Assembly (NCBI GenBank): GCA_016699795.1
Contig: CP065011.1
Location: forward strand, 546,474 to 610,473
Direction: 5' to 3'
Source of the DNA: Candidatus Moraniibacteriota bacterium
Lineage (GTDB): Bacteria > Patescibacteriota > Minisyncoccia > Moranbacterales > GCA-2747515
DNA: 64,000 nt
In this document: positions 60,360 to 64,000 of the stretch, in pieces
Position numbering within the stretch: position 1 is the stretch's first letter
Layout: the number at the start of each line of letters is the position of its first letter
Translations under genes and position numbers: made by a program
The notes under the pieces: generated by a model
Database searches by the model: none
Told to the model about the DNA's origin: nothing
Seen by the model: the letters and a program-made list of their open reading frames with translations, nothing else

Positions 60360-61232
60360 ATGGACTTACCATTTTCAGATGCTGCAAATATCGATTTGCC
60401 ACCTTCAGATGCTACAGATGTTGATTTACTATCTTCAGATGCCGAAGATGTTGATCTACTATCTTCAGATACTGCTGAAGTTGCACTTAAAACTCTTATC
60501 GTGGCCAAGGTGGGTGCTGGAGCGGGAAAGATAATATCAAATCCTTCGGGAATTAATTGTGGCACAACCTGTTCTAAGGCCTATGCGAACGGTACCAGAG
60601 TTACTTTAACAGTAACACCTGCTCAGGGCAGTACCTTTGCGGGTTGGGGTGGTGCTTGTTCCGGTACGGGTACGTGTAGAGTTTTGATGGACGCTGGAAA
60701 AAAAGTAACGGCGAGATTTAATACAAAAATACAAACAGAAACCCTCAAAGTATCCAAAACCGGCTCAGGAACGGTAACATCAGAACCTGCTGGTATTAAT
60801 TGTGGTGCCACCTGTTCTAAAGATTATGAGAAAGGAATCAAAGTTATTCTGACAGCGGTCCCTGCACAGGGAAATAGCTTTGGTAGTTGGAGTGGTGGAC
60901 CTTGTCTTTCTGCTTATTCGTACAAGTGTACGGTTTCAATGGATTTTGCAAGAAATGTGACAGCGAATTTTATTACAGGAACCACACAAACACTCACCGT
61001 ATCTAAAGCTGGTACTGGGTCAGGAACAGTAACATCATATCCTGCTGGTATTGACTGTGGTTCGGCTTGCACTAAATCCTACACGAATCAAACCGCTGTT
61101 TCTTTGAAAGTAATCCCTGCGGCAGGTAGTGTCTTTGCGGGTTGGAGTGGGAATTGTTCTGGTTTGTATTCATGTGCGTTTCAAATGAATGCTCCGAAAA
61201 ATGTGACGGCAACATTCAATAAAATTCAATAA
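60360..61232 (+). CDS. Secreted protein with three divergent InlB B-repeat domains (paralog 2). Same leader arrangement; the signal-anchor coding region begins ~60252.
   Basis: Three copies of [LTVSK]AGTGxGTVTSxPAGIxCGxxCxKxYxxxTxVxLxxxPAxGSxFAGWSGxC...NVTAxF. Acidic DxxDVDLLSSDA repeats at the N-terminus. Confidence 0.6.
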   Translation: MDLPFSDAANIDLPPSDATDVDLLSSDAEDVDLLSSDTAEVALKTLIVAKVGAGAGKIISNPSGINCGTTCSKAYANGTRVTLTVTPAQGSTFAGWGGACSGTGTCRVLMDAGKKVTARFNTKIQTETLKVSKTGSGTVTSEPAGINCGATCSKDYEKGIKVILTAVPAQGNSFGSWSGGPCLSAYSYKCTVSMDFARNVTANFITGTTQTLTVSKAGTGSGTVTSYPAGIDCGSACTKSYTNQTAVSLKVIPAAGSVFAGWSGNCSGLYSCAFQMNAPKNVTATFNKIQ

Positions 61233-61569
61233 AAGTATATAAATAGAAATCCTCATTGTAGCCAAAGCTGGTACTGAGTCATGAATGGTGTGATGTTAGA
61301 TTTGTTGCTAATAGTATTTGAGGCACGCCCATCTATTCCGAAGCTTGCCTAGGTGAAATGGAGAAATTTTCATAAATATTGAGGCATTTCATGCTATTTC
61401 ATAGTTCTAAAAGGGGTTACCTTGAGTTTTTACGGTTCCGCAAAGAGATTTCGTCGTGCCCAATTCTTGGAATAAATAGAGCTTACATACAAGTATTTTG
61501 TATAATTTTTTGTGTTATAAAATATTCTGTTTGATTGTATTAATCTTGTAATTTTAAATATATAAAAAT

Positions 61570-61950
61570 ATGGAAAAGTATGTAGACGGATTCGTGCTTG
61601 TAGTTTCAAAAGATAAATCTGAGGAATACAAGAAAATGGCAGAGGGTGGCCGTGATATGTGGATGAAATTTGGCGCTCTTTCATATTATGAATGTCGGGG
61701 GGAAGATCTTATTTCACAGGAAGAGGGAGATGAAAAAGCTCGCGCATTTACTGAGATGACTGGAGCAAAAAGTGATGAGATGGTTTGGTTTTCATTTATA
61801 GTTTTTAAATCTAAAAAACATCGAGACGAAGTTAACGCTAAGGTGATGGAGGAAATGAGTAAACAGATGGAAGGAAATAAAGATATAGCAATGCCTTTTG
61901 ATATGAAACGAATGGCTTATGGGGGCTTTCAAGTAGAAATAGAAGGTTAG
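61570..61950 (+). CDS. DUF1428 family protein
   Basis: MEKYVDGFVLVVSKDKSEEYKKMAEGG...ALSYYECRGEDL matches the DUF1428 N-terminus (assignment from memory). GC-richer than its surroundings. Confidence 0.5.
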   Translation: MEKYVDGFVLVVSKDKSEEYKKMAEGGRDMWMKFGALSYYECRGEDLISQEEGDEKARAFTEMTGAKSDEMVWFSFIVFKSKKHRDEVNAKVMEEMSKQMEGNKDIAMPFDMKRMAYGGFQVEIEG

Positions 61951-62042
61951 AAAATGAATTTAGAATCATAAAATTACTTTCAGCAAAATGGGGACAGTCT
62001 TGATGTAATTTTTTTAAAATACTTTTTTGAAATGTAGTGAGT

Positions 62043-62181
62043 GAGGATGCTTCTCAAAATCATAGAGTAAATGGATCTTTCTATGCGTACTGTGCGAAAT
62101 TTAAAACAAGCACTACTAACATAGGTAGTTCACAAAGAAATTCTCAAGCACTACATCGTTGGAAGATAACTTTACAATAGA
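62043..62181 (+). pseudogene. 3'-terminal remnant of a third InlB-B-repeat-family paralog
   Basis: Encodes ..NGSFYAYCAKFKTSTTNIGSSQRNSQALHRWKITLQ*, versus the paralog-1 C-terminus ..GSEFYVYCMKFYSGVVGVCGSKNQQNLHRWKITLQ*. Confidence 0.6.
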
Positions 62182-62335
62182 GAAAGATTTTCAGATATAA
62201 TTTTGAGGTTTTTTGGAAAATTTCTTTGAATAAAAACGTGTAGACGTGCGTAATGCTATACTTTTTAAGGGATATTTGAACACTAAGAAAGACTTAAAGT
62301 TTTATGTTTTTACTCTATTGAGAGTGTGAAAACAT

Positions 62336-62563
62336 TTAAAACTTATTTATTTTTTTAGCAAGAAGTATTGCTAGGGGACAATAGCCAGTGAGAGAGAAAA
62401 ATATAAGCATACCACCTACAAACAAAGCTCCATAATGATAATGGGGATGTACAAAAAATCCTAAAAGGGAAAATATAACAATAAATATTCCTGCGAGAAG
62501 AAAGACTAAACGTTCAATTTCCCATTTTGATGTATCAAGGTGGTAGATTTTTTTCTGAGACAT
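62336..62563 (-). CDS. DUF2892 (YgaP-like) small membrane protein
   Basis: 75 aa, two TM helices, and the SLTGYCPLAILL motif. Confidence 0.5.
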   Translation of the reverse strand: MSQKKIYHLDTSKWEIERLVFLLAGIFIVIFSLLGFFVHPHYHYGALFVGGMLIFFSLTGYCPLAILLAKKINKF

Positions 62564-62587
62564 ATATTTTTTCAGTAAGATGAATTA

Positions 62588-64000
62588 TTATTTCCAATAT
62601 TTTCTTTGAAAGATAAAATAGAGAAGAGGAAAAATGATAAGAGTGAGAAATGTTGATGCAGAGAGTCCAAAAATAAGTGCCCAAGCCAAACCTTCCCAAA
62701 CAGGATCACTTACAATGGTAAAAGATCCGAATATTGCCGTGAGAGAGGTGAGTAAAATGGGAAGTAAACGAATACGCCCAGTTTCTACAAGGGCTTCTTG
62801 TAAGGTTTTTCCAGCATGCTTCATAGGTTCAAGATATTCAAGGAATATGATGGCATTTTTTACTGAAAGACCTGACAGTGCAATAACACCGATCATAGAA
62901 GTGGCGTTGAAATACGTTCCTTTAAAGAAATGAAGAAAAGCAAATCCCGGAAGTATTCCAAGAAGTCCGAGAGGTATACTTGTCATAATAAGAATGGGTA
63001 TAAGGAGCGATTGTGTTCGTGTTGCTAGGACAAAGAAAATAAGAAATAAGACGAGACCCATAACAATACCAAGATCACGAAAGACTTGTATGGTTAACTT
63101 CCATTCCCCATCTATTTCAATTTGATACTGTTTATGGGTAATTTGATCTTCATATGTTACTTGAAGTGGTGACCATGAAATAACCTTTCCATTTTTAGTG
63201 GGAAGTTCATAGTGAAGAAGTTCTGGAAAGAGGTCAAGAACTGCATAAACAATGCTTCGATCTCCCATTTCAGCAGAAATAAAAGTGGTTTTTATACGAT
63301 CATCAGAAAGAATAGTTTTTTCCAGGGGTTCATTTGTTTTTTCTAGAACTTCGGTGAGAGAAATGATTTCCCCAGATTTACTTTGAAGTTTTATAAGGTT
63401 AAGATCTTGATTCTCATTTCTATATTCTTCGGCAAATCTAATTATGATATTTTCTTGTTCTGCTTTTTTGAAAATATCTTGATCCGTTTCATGATAAAAC
63501 CCTATAGAAGAACCAGAAAATGCTACTTGAAGGGCTTGTGTTATATCTTTTGGATTAATGCCAAGTAATTGTGCTTTTTCATACTGGATGCGATACGTGT
63601 TATAAATACCCCGTTCAGGAATGGAAGTGTCTTGATCCACAATGCCATCAATTTGGGTAATTTTTCCAAATAGATCCCTTGCGATAGCTTCTCGAATGGT
63701 ATCATCTTCACCTTTTATTTTTAAAAGGAAAGTAGAAAGAACTGGTGGTCCCGGAGGATCCTCGATGATACGAAGTGTGGCATTTGGATATTCCTTTTTT
63801 AAAGGATTAAAATTATTTCGAATACGAAAGGCAATTGTTTCAGATGTATCTTTTCTTGTATGGGGAGGGGTAAGATTTATTTTGAGCGTTGCTTGATTTT
63901 CATAAATTCGTCCAGAACTTCCTTTAAAGAGACCATTAAAATCAATAACTTGAGATGTTCCAATAAAGCTTTCTACAGAGAGAATTTCTGATTCTTTTAA
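62588..64000 (-). CDS. RND/AcrB-family efflux transporter permease, C-terminal part. The gene continues beyond the window end.
   Basis: LIPILIMTSIPLGLLGILPGFAFLHF...SMIGVIALSGLSVKNAIIFLEYLE. The minus-strand frame stays open from 63640 to base 64000 (periplasmic-domain sequence). Confidence 0.7.
   Translation of the reverse strand, partial: LKESEILSVESFIGTSQVIDFNGLFKGSSGRIYENQATLKINLTPPHTRKDTSETIAFRIRNNFNPLKKEYPNATLRIIEDPPGPPVLSTFLLKIKGEDDTIREAIARDLFGKITQIDGIVDQDTSIPERGIYNTYRIQYEKAQLLGINPKDITQALQVAFSGSSIGFYHETDQDIFKKAEQENIIIRFAEEYRNENQDLNLIKLQSKSGEIISLTEVLEKTNEPLEKTILSDDRIKTTFISAEMGDRSIVYAVLDLFPELLHYELPTKNGKVISWSPLQVTYEDQITHKQYQIEIDGEWKLTIQVFRDLGIVMGLVLFLIFFVLATRTQSLLIPILIMTSIPLGLLGILPGFAFLHFFKGTYFNATSMIGVIALSGLSVKNAIIFLEYLEPMKHAGKTLQEALVETGRIRLLPILLTSLTAIFGSFTIVSDPVWEGLAWALIFGLSASTFLTLIIFPLLYFIFQRKYWK

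Noticed and set aside
63642-63896. Plus-strand ORF of 84 aa.
   Set aside because: It is antisense to the RND transporter gene, whose minus-strand frame is continuous and homologous across this region.

Overview
This is a low-GC (roughly mid-30s %) bacterial window. It is most consistent with a small-genome Candidate Phyla Radiation (Patescibacteria-like) organism. That is an inference from a five-repeat lamin-tail-domain protein, many secreted hypothetical proteins, compact housekeeping operons and the standard genetic code. Backbone genes are polA (5'-truncated at the window edge), a holA-like gene, a thermonuclease, rpsT, ruvA, a FemAB-like gene, murE, two lemA paralogs, htpX, a CBS protein, ruvB, tsaE, a tandem-fused PilB/GspE ATPase, pyk, tRNA-Ser(GGA), dnaG-rpoD, tRNA-Asn(GTT), a NUDIX hydrolase and an RND transporter that runs off the 3' end of the window. 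Three accessory regions stand out. (i) A ~12.7 kb element is integrated at the 3' end of tRNA-Asn. It is bounded by a 15-bp direct repeat and carries a large serine recombinase, a fused-tandem Dam-like methyltransferase next to a 610-aa putative type IIS restriction enzyme, and a GIY-YIG gene. It also carries an uncharacterised three-gene operon: a protein with a PD-(D/E)xK-like nuclease motif, a proteasome/HslV-like N-terminal-nucleophile (Ntn) hydrolase, and a small protein. I rate this operon the best candidate for a new defence-type system. (ii) A ~7.4 kb giant surface-protein gene has an exact 858-bp in-frame tandem duplication, a G9 tract that splits it into two ORFs, and a sharp codon-composition shift. 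(iii) A family of secreted divergent InlB-B-repeat proteins has duplicated leaders in which the only upstream ATG is out of frame with the signal peptide across long poly-A tracts (an uninterrupted A26 in one copy). Coordinates for non-ORF features are hand-counted and may be off by 1-2 nt.
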